Both the position numbers and the translations under genes were made by a program. Below are positions 23,801 to 35,200 of a stretch of 43,831 nt of DNA, piece after piece. The notes beneath the pieces are model-generated. The model did no database searches. It was not told where the DNA came from and was given only the letters and a program-made list of their open reading frames with translations. The DNA is taken from assembly GCA_003990765.1 (NCBI GenBank), contig RBNJ01000074.1, positions 1-43,831 on the forward strand, in the 5' to 3' direction. The DNA is from Jimgerdemannia flammicorona. Its lineage: Eukaryota. Numbering within the stretch: the first letter of the stretch is position 1; every line of letters starts with the position of its first letter.

Positions 23801-24686
23801 TTATTCATAGGAAGGTGGGGAGGGACTTCCCTATGGGGATTGAGTAGTAGGTAGTGATAATATATATTTATTTATAGACTGGTAATAAAGGTGAAGTCCA
23901 AGTGACTATAAAAAAAAAAGATATATCTTTTAAGTATTGCAATCCTTCCTAGATTAAATAGCCTTTAGTAAAAAATTCTCTTAAGTATATCAGATAATTG
24001 GCTTTTGCTTTTGAACTTTACAGACTGAGGTTTATTCACTCAAATCTTTAGAGTATTAGATATAGTTTTAATTACTATCTGATTACTATATAGCTAATTA
24101 TATATAGATTACTATTTTTAATAATATTTAGCTATTCTTATTAAGAATATAAATCACAAATTCTGGTACAGTATACTAGTTAGGAATACTTTGTATACTT
24201 ATTTGACTATCTGAGTTATTTATATAAATTGGTACAGTAGAATAGTTCTGATTATCTAGTATATCTAATATAGTATATAGCAAAATTATAGAAACTAACC
24301 CTAGACTATAACTTAGTATATTTCTCTGCTAACTTATCATATCAGCCTTCAATAAAGGATAGTCTATCTCAGACTATTCTTTAGTCATTATTTAAATATG
24401 AGTAAGTATCTTCTATATTGACTTTTATTCTATTATCTTCTTTAGTTCCAGAGCTACTCTATTCTAATAGCTCTTCATCTTCTTTAGAGAATAGTATATA
24501 TCTCAATATATTAAATAATATACTAGTAGATAGTTAGAGTTATTTTTTGGATATCTCTAAGGCCAAATTTGGTCTGGGTTAATACTTCTATATATCACTT
24601 ATAGATAGTATAAAATCTGTTTACTATAATAGTATTTCTTCAGATAAGACCTATAATATATCTAGTATAGGTATACTCAGAGATCA

Positions 24687-25890
24687 GCTCCTTTCTCTAC
24701 TATCTTACCAGTTACAAGGTTTGGTAGACAACCTTTCAAGTCCCCTTTCCCCTATTATTACCTCCTCTACCTCAGATTGGTTTGCTGTATCTGCATGGAC
24801 ATGGTGGGAGGAGGGCAATAGTGATAAGTTGCCCCTTTATTAGTATCAGATCAGTGTCTTCTCCACTTTTTTGTAGTTTCTAGTGCCTTTGGCTGTATCT
24901 GGAGTACATCTGTTTTGGTGTGGTGCCTTCTTTCTTTTGTTATCATCAACAAGGTGCAGCCTCAGTGTGTTACAGGTTATGTAGGAAGTCAGCCGACCTT
25001 GGGCATCAAGTGCTCAGTGTAGGTTATCTGCAGGTCCTCAGTGCCTATAGTGGGGCCCTCTGGCTTTGGCAAGCTTCCTGGCAAGCATGGTTCTGGTAGA
25101 GGTGACTGTTTTTTGGGTGTTTTCAGGATGAGAGGGGAGATGGCCATTACAGATAGGGGGATGAGTGATAATGATGAACCAGTGGGGTGCTAGGCTGGGG
25201 GCAGTCATCAGGACTGGGGCAGACAATATTTTGGTGAAGCCTTTTGATTGGCTGGTGAGGGGTGGGGTGGTACAGGGGCTGGCATCCTGGCTGTATCCAA
25301 CTGGAACCAGGAGCTGATGCAGCAATGCAATTGAGGTCTGCAGGCTTGGAGAGTGGGGCCTGCCTCATTTGGCAGTACCTGACTAGAACCAAGAGCTGAC
25401 ACAGTAACATGATTGAGGCCTGCAGGCTCAGGGAGTGGGAGTGGGGTCTTTTCAGGCCCTAGCCCATATGTAAGTCCTTTGAGGAAGATACTGCATACAA
25501 GTTCTTTAATAACCCACTTTGAATCTACTTTGCTCCCTGTTGGTTGGTTGGGGGGTTTTTTCTTTGCCTCAGGCTTTCTTTTGGGATTCAGGGGGCTATT
25601 CTTTATTCAGTCCCAGCACTGCTAGATCTGATGCATAGGTATGCTCTCATGTGTAAATGATGATCCAGCCCTGGTGAGCAGACAAGTCTAGTCTATGTCA
25701 TTGGGGTTGACATAGCCAGTGTTCGACAGGCATAGCTGGAGCAGTGGGACTGCTGGACAATTTAGTAGCCTAGGTTAATGGAGGGATATTGTTCAGTGGG
25801 TGGTGGGGGAGGGTTTTGGCCTATATAGTCTAGGTTCCCTTTCAATAAAAATCCGCGGGACTATGAGTCTGTTAAAAAAAAAAAAAAAAA
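24687..25890 (+). mobile_element. ~1.2-kb non-autonomous poly(A) retroelement, copy 1
   Basis: TSD AGGTATACTCAGAGATCA (24669-24686) and AGATATACTCAGAGATTA (25891-25908), AATAAA and A-tail. Homologous to 41451-42596 and 42669-43831; no RT. Confidence 0.85.
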
Positions 25891-26947
25891 AGATATACTC
25901 AGAGATTAAGAGGTCTTGTAGTTGTTCTCTAATAATATAGTAGATCTATAGCTAGTAGATTTCTAAGAGTTACTAGGTTATAGTGAGGTTCTCTTGATAA
26001 ATCTGAATCAGTAAAGAGTACTTGCCAACAGTTTCTCTAAACTTAGTAAGAGGAATTGACAGGGCTTAGAGAGAACTAAGGATAAGAAATTAGAGATACT
26101 AATATTATTATGTAGAGAATAGATATATCTTAAGATAATTGATGTATACTGAAGTTATCAGAGAGTATCTATCTATACTTCTTACATATATATATAGATA
26201 CTTATTTCTCTAATATTATATATAAGATAAAGTTCTTCTCATTTGAGCTCCAGTTTGGTGATAAAGTTTATTTTGATCATACTTCTCTAAACTAATACTT
26301 GATCTCTAATCTTAATTTTCTGAATCTTCTACTTCTGATTATAGTATTTCTTTTATCTTTTCTGAGCCTTAATTATTTAGACTCAAGATTGATTATATAA
26401 TTGTTCTTCCTTTTCAAAAGATCTCTGAAGTTCTCATAATCAGTAGTTCTGAGTTTCTTTAGCTAACATTATCTCAAATAACTTTATTTAATAGAGATGG
26501 TAGAGGTATTTCAAATTTCCAATAAAATCTCAGATAAGTAGAGTTCTCAGTTAGTATAATTGACTTAGATAGGTCTCTTCTTTATGGTCTGGTTCATTTG
26601 TTCCATTATATTATTAATTTGTAGATAGTATAATGTAATCTATTTAGATAGATCATATAAATTTAAGTATAACTTGTGATCATATATATTATAGATGAAT
26701 TTGGTATCTTGGTCAGAGATAAATTCTTCTAGAGATCTATACCTGAGTGTGAGATTATGGAGGAGGCCAATAATAGTCAAGATATCAGTGACTTCTATTG
26801 AAAAATCTTTAGATAATTTGATTAAATATTCTATATATTTAGTTCTTCTTAGTATAACTGGTAGGAGTCCTATAATATCTACTTTCTATCTTTGAAAAAT
26901 GTGAACTAGTAGTGTGATTTATTATAGTAGTATTTCATAGTTCTTCA

Positions 26948-28010
26948 TTTTGTTTATTTTATTTTTTTTCTATTAAGTACTAGACTTCTTTAATAACCAA
27001 TTAAAATAAATACACAGTTCTCATACTATGCTGATAGCCCTAACTCATCTCACTCTATCTTACTCTACCCCAATATACTCTCTCTTCTTTACTCTAACTC
27101 TCTTAAAAATAACTATATTGTTAACCACAATAACCCACTCACTATCCTTTTTACATATCTCCTTCATTAAGTACTAATAGTGATTTCTCTGAGGGCCCTA
27201 CTCCCTCTATTAGTCAGACAGTATATTTATCATCAGCCTCTTCTATCTTACCATCTTCTCTCCCAGGACCATCAGCCTCTTATCTTTGAATACATATAGC
27301 TAGTATTTAGTTAACTCTATCTATATGGTCAATACTTTCCAAATAGTGAGTCACTCATTACCAATATACTCTATCAACTGCTTCTTCAAGTTATTATATC
27401 TACCCCTCTCTTTATCAGTATGCTATCTTACTCCCAGATAGCTCTCAACTATTACTCAGAAGTTATTAAGTATTTTGTACTATTTAGTCAATATTGAGGT
27501 ATCTGCATAGTTCCTCTCTCCTGCTCTATATTAAAAAAATTCTCACACTTAAAACTTCTTCCTTCTACCAAGTATCTCAACTAAAGGTTCAAATAGAAAC
27601 CTATATAACTTCTATTTTATAGGACCCCATTTGGCCTCATTCTTATTACTATACTAATATAAATCAATATAGTGAGCTCACTCTATCACTCTTTATCAGA
27701 ATCTTCTATATCTCAAGTATCTATTATTTCTTAGTTTAACTAATAATAGCAAATCTCCAAAAGATCCTCTAGATATCCTCATCTTCCAGACCCTCTGTAT
27801 CAATGACACTCATCCTTCTCTCATGAGCTCTACAGCTTACTTCAACTATTAAGCCCTAAGACAATATTTATATTCTTTTCAAAAATTTCACCAAACTTAA
27901 ATCTCCTCTATCTACCAGATTTGCCAAGGCCTTCCAACTTATCTTACTCTACCTCCTAGCCCAAATCTAATCCTTAGTCATCTTCAGCAACTACTTCACC
28001 ATAAAGCTGA
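26948..28010 (-). mobile_element. Decayed LINE-related element: ORF1-like sequence joined directly to a LINE-type 3' tail
   Basis: Decayed T-tract at 26948-26969. The 3' end resembles LINE 23865-23909. Short ORF1-like matches (WKA, LEDED, W/YGP, YKILNN vs YRIMNN) appear in colinear order. Confidence 0.5.
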
Positions 28011-28201
28011 AAAATTGAAATGATATTGACTTTTTCTCCTTTATGGATTTAGATTTATTTAGAGCTACTATTTTTAAAATAAGCTTGATTTTTTCTTATA
28101 TCTAAAGTATATAGTTTCTTCTTTTATAGTTACTCTATATTTTTTGAGTTTAGATCCTAAGATTAGCTAGATATATATTTCTTTAGATGGTTAAATAATA
28201 A

Positions 28202-28445
28202 GTTTTTGTTTTATTTTTTTATTTTTTTATAGTTACTCAGACTTCATTATTTATTACCAAACTAATCTATATCTATATAATATATAGTAACTCTGTCCTC
28301 TATTCAATCCCCCTGGAAGGTCCACTCTTCCCCACCTAAAGATTACCAGATTATTAACTACTATAACCCTATTACTACTTTGCTTACAAATTTCTTCCTC
28401 TAGATATTGATGATGACTACTCTGGAGACCCTATCCCATCTACTA
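28202..28445 (-). mobile_element. 5'-truncated LINE 3' end relic
   Basis: The reverse complement matches LINE 23810-23919 (AGGTGGG...GGGGATTGA; GAAGTC..AGT.ACTAT plus A-tail). Confidence 0.7.
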
Positions 28446-30937
28446 GTTATATAGCAAATTCTATACTAATGAGTATTATACTTTCAGGATTTAGAATATA
28501 TCTTGAAGACTATAGAAATTATAGTCTATATCTTATTTATAAATCTTTGTTGATAGAATAGCTTTGGAATATAATAAGATATATTATAAAATATTCTTTC
28601 TAAAAGCATATTGTCCTTAGAGTTGTTGTAAGTCTCTAAGCTTTGATATTGAGTTATAACTATCTAGCTCTAGTAGTGAGGTCTCAGAGATAATTAATAT
28701 ATCTCTTTTCTATAGAGTCTAAGACTTTTATAAAGTTGATAGTATCTTCTATCTATTCTTAATAAGATAAGTTGTATATCTGATGAGATTCAGAACATTA
28801 TCTCCTAATTATATTATATATATATATATCAGTTATAATATTTTATTATATCTCTTCTGTTATATTGAACACTTGTTTAAACAATATAGCTATTTCAAAT
28901 ATAAAAAAGCTTCAATGCTTGAGCTTAAGTACCTTAATTATGGGAAAAAAAGAACTTATTAATATTTTGTTTGATCAGATAGAACCAGATAGCTGTATCC
29001 AAAATATCCCCTGAGATAGTTTTGCTATAAACAATAGCAATAGCCTTATAAATATTGTTATAATCTATACTTATAGTATTCCTCTCAGTATAAGTATCAA
29101 TATCTTCATTCTAAATCTCAGTTTCATTAGAAAGTTTCAAAGTAATCTATATAGAATACAGAGTTATATTCTGGCAGTTAATATCCATAATGGAATAACT
29201 TGGATAATTGTTATATTACATGTATATACCATAATATCTTAGCTAAGATAAATCCTCTGATATTAATAGATTTGGTAGTTTGAGTGCTTTTAATGATAAC
29301 TATATCTTATTACTTAGAAGACCTATTTCTGACTATATATTAACTTCTCACTACCTTGGAAATTAGTAGCTATATCTACCATAAGCTACTAAAAGAGTAG
29401 CTGGAAGATATACTTCTGTATAGATAAATTAATCTCTTCTATAAAATTGTTTTGCTAGTATTATAATTGTTTCTTAAAATATGATTAACTATATAACTAT
29501 TACTGAAGATAACAGATCTGAGTATTTCTATCTTTACTATTAGTCTAATAAGTAGTATTGGTAGTAGTAGTCTTAAGAAGAGTAGAAGATTATTTGATGC
29601 TAATATCTTTCTTACTAAAAGATTTTTCTAGTTTATTTCTTATCTTGAGGCAATGATTACTAAACTTAATATTTCTCCAGTATCCAGAGTTTATTATTTT
29701 TATATTCTAATAGTATTCACTATAAGTTATTATAAAAAATTAGCTCAGAGAGTTCTCCAGTTCAGAGATTTCTTTATCTACTATTTCTTATCTATAAATT
29801 ACTTATATATACTTCTACAATCTCAGTTATAAGATTAGATATTTTTTATAAATAATTACATTTCTTTATTCTTTTTCTATATTCTAGACATTCTATACTA
29901 AGAGAGTTTATTATATCAATAATCTAGAAGAAGTGTTCAGAGAATTTATATTTTTTGAGATAAGTGAGATATTTTTTAGCTTATCTAACAATATTGTCAA
30001 TTGTGATAGAGATGTGTCTTATATCTATATATTGTCTTCTGGTCTATATTCTACTAGATTAATTCATAGGTAAAGTCTAGGATTATTATCTTCTTATAAT
30101 TCTTCTTCTTTATCTATAGTTGATTTTTTACTATCAGCATATTTTTCCTAAATAGTGACATTCTTTTTCTTCTTAGATTGCATATAACTAGTTACTTTAA
30201 TTCAGTACTTCCTTCTCTTTTATTAAACTTGAGTACCTATTAACTAATATTGATAACTATATTTATTTCTTTTATCAAATATATCTGAAAACTCTTCTAG
30301 ATCTTCTTTAGCATATCTTGTAAATATAGATAGTAGTGCTGTCATTTTATCATCACTATTCTCTAGGTTTTTGTTACCATTTCTATAGGTATACTGAATC
30401 TAATTAAACTATAGAGATTTGAAAAATAGATACTTAGTGTCAGAAATACAGATATAATTTTTAATATTCTTGAGAGTGCTGGGCTTAGAAAGTCTACTAG
30501 TTTAGATAGAGGTGAAGAAGTAAAATATCTAAAAAGAATCAGAATTAGACAATGTGATCTTCAAGTTCCTATAAGGTATATCAAAGTTTTGAGTAAGGTT
30601 ATCTATATTATCTAGTTGATTGGGCTGGGCTGTATCTCTTAGTAGTAAGTTTACTTGTACTTTAGATATATTTATTAAATATAAATTTAATTATCATACT
30701 AGTAATAGTGAATTCTATTCAGTACTAGCTTTCTCTCAATATTTTTCTAATAGTAGATAGTTGGCCAATTTTGAGATAATTACTTCTCTTTCTATCTAAA
30801 TATTGCTGATGATTTATTCCTCTATAGTTATTGAGATTAGTATAGCATCAAATATATATTTAATTTATTTATTGAGATCTATGAGTTTAAAATTCATATT
30901 GATTTTAAAAATCTTTCAAGTTGATCTCTAAATATAA

Positions 30938-31718
30938 TATAACAGCTCAATAAAGACAAATTATAAGAGTTAGATAGCTGTATAGATTGGCTTGAGCTCT
31001 TAGTTACTTTGTTAAAAAATAACTTAATTTCTAAAGATATAAATTCTCTGATTTATATAATATAGATAAATTTAGTAAATATAGATTCTGTATAATATAG
31101 AAGATTTCATAGATTTCTCTAAATAGTAACTATTTATTTGACTTTATTTGGCAAAAAGACTAAAATATAATAGATATCTTAGAGTTCTTCTGACTTAATC
31201 TAATAAATAGACCAAAATTGACAGTCTTCTTTATGTATATTGAAAAGTAAACCAGAGTGAAAAAGAAATAAAGCTTATAATTTCTTAGCAGTAACTCATT
31301 GAGATATATCTCTTAAGTATTATAAATCTTATTGAATTAGTAACTTTTGACAGATATTTCTCCTAAGTATATTAGATAATTAGTTTTTTACTTTTTAGAC
31401 TAAGGTTTATTTATTCAAATTTCTGAGATATTTTATATAGATATTGTTGCTATCTGGTTACTATCTGGATAATTATAAAATATATAATATAGCTAATTTA
31501 GAGAGAGGTCTAATCACTTATTCTCTTAATAGATAAGTATTTCTTATAAAATATATATTCTATATAGAATGAATATTCTTTCAGAAATCAGAGTGTTCTG
31601 ATTTGATATATCTAATTATTTATATAAATTAGTATTATATATAGTAACTATATAGAATAACTATACTAAGTATTCTTTTTGTATATTATCTAGCTATATC
31701 TGATATTCACTCATTACA
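30938..31718 (-). repeat. Decayed solo-LTR relic of the B/C family
   Basis: GCTCAATAAAGACAAATTATAAGA...GGCTTGAGC..TAGTTACTTTG matches 6040-6115 and the reverse complement of the LTR B end. GACTAAGGTTTATT near 31397. Confidence 0.65.
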
Positions 31719-32265
31719 GTATTAATTTAGTTAGAATATAATATTAGTTTCAATAATCAATATCTAGTAAATATAGAAACTATTAGAAGTATATTGAGTT
31801 TAATTTAAACTAATTATTATAATATAAATCTTAGAATTCTAATATTAATAAAAATATAATATTTTTAAAATAATTAATATAAAAAGTTATTTATTATAAT
31901 ATTAATTTACTAATAATATAAATTACTAAGATATACTTAATATTATAAACTAAATATATATATTACCAATATTATAATATTCTAAATATGAAATTTAAAA
32001 TGATAAATAATATAAGTAGATTGCAATATGTGAAGTCTTTAGATGTTTAAATATAAAAATATTAAAATGATAAAATTATTATATTTCTGCCAAGGAAGAT
32101 ATAAATATTTGTCAAAATATTATTAAATAATAGTATCATCTTATTGATGAAGGGGATATATTTAACTCTATTTCCATTAAGTTACTGTAGATCTCTTATC
32201 ATTACATTCGTTCTTATATGTATAACTGATTTTGGTAAAGGACTAGGACCTTATTGGGACACGGC

Positions 32266-35200
32266 CTATTTGATCCAAGGATGATTGTTCTTCACTTGTA
32301 CTTCATAAATTCGGAACTTGTTAGGAGACACTTCGTAAAACACAATATCCGGGAACCAGTTCCTATGAATTCGAAAACCTAAATATCAGTAACCATTGCG
32401 AATACTCTAGAGGTCGTAGATGGTATTCTAAACCTTACTTGTTTTGTCGCTGTTTTGCTGATAGCATAAATACTTCAACTGTTGCGACGAACTCGGCCCT
32501 ATTCCGAATCCACGACCTTTGGGCGATTTCTTGAGTGGCATCATAGACATTATTCAAGATGGCGACTGCACCCATACAAAGAAACGAGAAAGTTACGGTA
32601 ATTTTAAGTAGTGATATTTTTGAAAGACAGGCAGAGGAACGAGATTGTTGAGCGAAAGAGTGGACGGTGGAACGTTCTGAAGCAAGAGGCAATTCGAATC
32701 ATCGCACTTACTCAACATATTTAGCAGCACAATTGTGCTGATGATGGTGAAAAACACCCTCATAATGTCAGTCGATCGTCCAGCATCCCAATTGTCAATC
32801 GCATTGAAGTCACTCCCCAAAAATTGCCACAGTGACATCAGCGAACCATCCATATTGCTAAATGGATTGCCTGAATCTGGTGGGTTATTTGCGTTATGGA
32901 GGAGAATCCACATTGAATGAGAGAAGGCAAAGACAATTGCCGTCATGAGAAAAGCCAGCCAGACAAGGCTCTTCATGATTTGAATCAGCAAAGTGAAGAA
33001 CAGGCCTAAGCTGGTGTTCACAAAGAAAGCGTAAGTCTATAGTTATACAAGGGATGAGCGTGCAAACAATTAAAAACCAATAGAAACGATGTAAACGCGA
33101 ATTTTTCAACCAACCGTGAAAAAACCCTGAAGTTGAATACAACCAACAACCAAAGCGCCAGGACCGTCCAGGCTTGAAGGTCAATCGTTTGGTTATAATC
33201 TGGTGACGTGAGAAGAGTGCTAACCAGAACCAGTAAAAATGCAGCGCGGTCAATCCAATGGTAAATGGATAACCAGTAGGTTAGGTCATTCCATCGCTTC
33301 AACATCGGCCGAAAGTGAAAGATGACCAAAAAAATTGCTGTGAGCACGATCAGTGCGAGTTTGACTCCAGGTAACATGAGCGTGTACGGAGAAATACTGA
33401 CAGCGATCAAATAAATAAGGGCGTACGCAATGTATAAAACTAGGAGACGGCGGTGATACCACCGTGCAAACTCGTTCCATTTGTATTGCACTACCGCTTG
33501 GAATGCTGGTTCATCAAAAACCCTGCTTTTGGAAAAGGCGAGCTGTGCAAACACGCTAAGCCGAATATTGGGGTCTCCTGGAACTACTGGATAGCGATTG
33601 AGGCCGTAAAGAAGGGTTACGCATTGTTTTGGATGAAGCAGTCGTTCGCCGTTCCACAACAAACTTAATGTTTTTTTAAGTTTGGAACAGCTAGCTTGAA
33701 GAGGGGACTGATTGAATTTGGAAAGTTGCTCGACACGTGCGAATATGCCATCGCGAAACTCTCCGGTCACAGGAAATCCAGCAATAAAGCGATCGAGTTG
33801 AATGTGTGATAAGTACTGTGCAATTAGGGCAGCTAGTTCGGGACTTTTTCGAGAAATGGTTGGCAAAGCTCCGATCACAATTGCGACGTAACCAGGCTCC
33901 AGTGACGCACCGTCTTCCTTCATTATATCCTTCAAGCAGTATTTCACAATGTCCTCGACGAAATTTCCTACGTCCAATGCTTCCATCAACGCACTCCGAT
34001 CCCAAAAATTATTGTCGTAAAATATGGGACGGTAGGCGTTGCATTCCAATACTGTTTTAACATGTATGGCGGCTGCAGTGGACGGATTTCTAACCATGTG
34101 ACCGAAGGTGGACGTCTTTGTTTCAAATTCGACCTCGTTGATAAGTAAGATCTCGGCCGACTCCAACACCTGCTTCAGAGCCCTCTCATACGCCGCGCTG
34201 ACCCTGCTTCTGTAGTTCTTCCCAGCGAATTGAAGGTAACGTGACGCGTGCTTGATCGGAATTGAATGCTTTTCGATGTCCACAGTTTCTGTATGCGTTT
34301 TCCCATCATGCTGGTATTCCAATTTCATTAGCTGGGCGGTCGCGCCACCAGGACGTGTGAAGAGTTTAATTCCACTAATGGTTGCATCCGCGGAGGGAAG
34401 GCACCACCCGAATTCTATCACGTGCTTGTTGTAGGCCGATAATCTAGCGTTAATTATTTGCACAGTATGTCGGCCTGTAACCACGAAACAATCCTGGGAT
34501 ATCCAATGACACGCCAGTACGTGATTATTCCACGGTTCAGGACGAACAACGACTGGATTAATGAGATAGTCAGTAGGCAAAGTTAGACCATATATTTGGC
34601 ATCCCATCTATGACAATATCAGACAGAAGGCAAAATCAATAAATATTTACTTGGCAATGGTTTGAAACCCAATATTTCCACTTCGTATTCCTTCGTTGGG
34701 GCTTTGCGCTGTTTCACTACGAGGTTTTCGACTGTTGTTTGGCTGGGCGGATATATTATTTCAAACGAATTGTTGTTGACGGACGGTTGTTGCATGTCGT
34801 TAAGGTCCTTGATAAAACAGCGGGCGACAGTGGCCTTGAGCGGTGTCACAACGGATAATTTTTTGTCATCGATGACGACGCATGAATGTTTGAACTCACT
34901 CGAAAGCGTGTGCGTAATCAGGATAGAATCGTTAACTCTCAAGCCCGTTAAAGGACTCCACACGCCTAAAACGCAGCCCGTGTCGCTGCCATCTATTGTC
35001 ACGAGGAGAGGGACACCATTGATCGTAACGATTTTCACGCTGACAACCTTCATGTCACTTATGCCCTCCGCACGGCGAGCTTCACAAATAGAAATACCAG
35101 TCTGAGTGGTGAAAATTTTCAAGCCGTTCATGCCGTAGAACACAACGAGATTGTGAGTTGCATCGTAATCACATCTGTCGCCCGCTTGAAATGTATAGCG

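Larger units (their letters stand above)
18206..23919 (+). mobile_element. Full-length L1/Tx1-type LINE (inactivated)
   Basis: Perfect TSD GATATATCTTTTAAGTAT at 18188-18205 and 23920-23937, AATAAA at 23884, A10 tail, two ORFs. Confidence 0.93.
6027..26900 (-). mobile_element. Old Gypsy element C (B-related, inverted): 3' LTR about 6027-24341 split by three insertions, then PPT, ORF3 and integrase relics
   Basis: 6040-6130 is the reverse complement of the LTR B 3' end. ACTGAGGTTTATTCACT near 24025 is the reverse complement of the LTR B poly(A) region. 24342-24420 is the reverse complement of the B PPT/ORF3 end, and 26110-26900 of B integrase. Confidence 0.75.

Noticed and set aside
25038-25410. 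Similar minus-strand peptides in retroposon copies (LMTAPSLAP) as a conserved gene
   Set aside because: Expected from DNA similarity alone; the frames are not maintained across the three copies.
31740-32200. Extremely AT-rich tract as an origin, centromere or organellar insert
   Set aside because: No diagnostic motif; it is best explained as the end-state of repeat decay.
34607-34650. Short 43-nt intron joining ORF 34619-36073 to the ATG at 34607
   Set aside because: Wrong phase gives an early stop; the acceptor at 34553, with a CTGAC branch site, keeps the frame.
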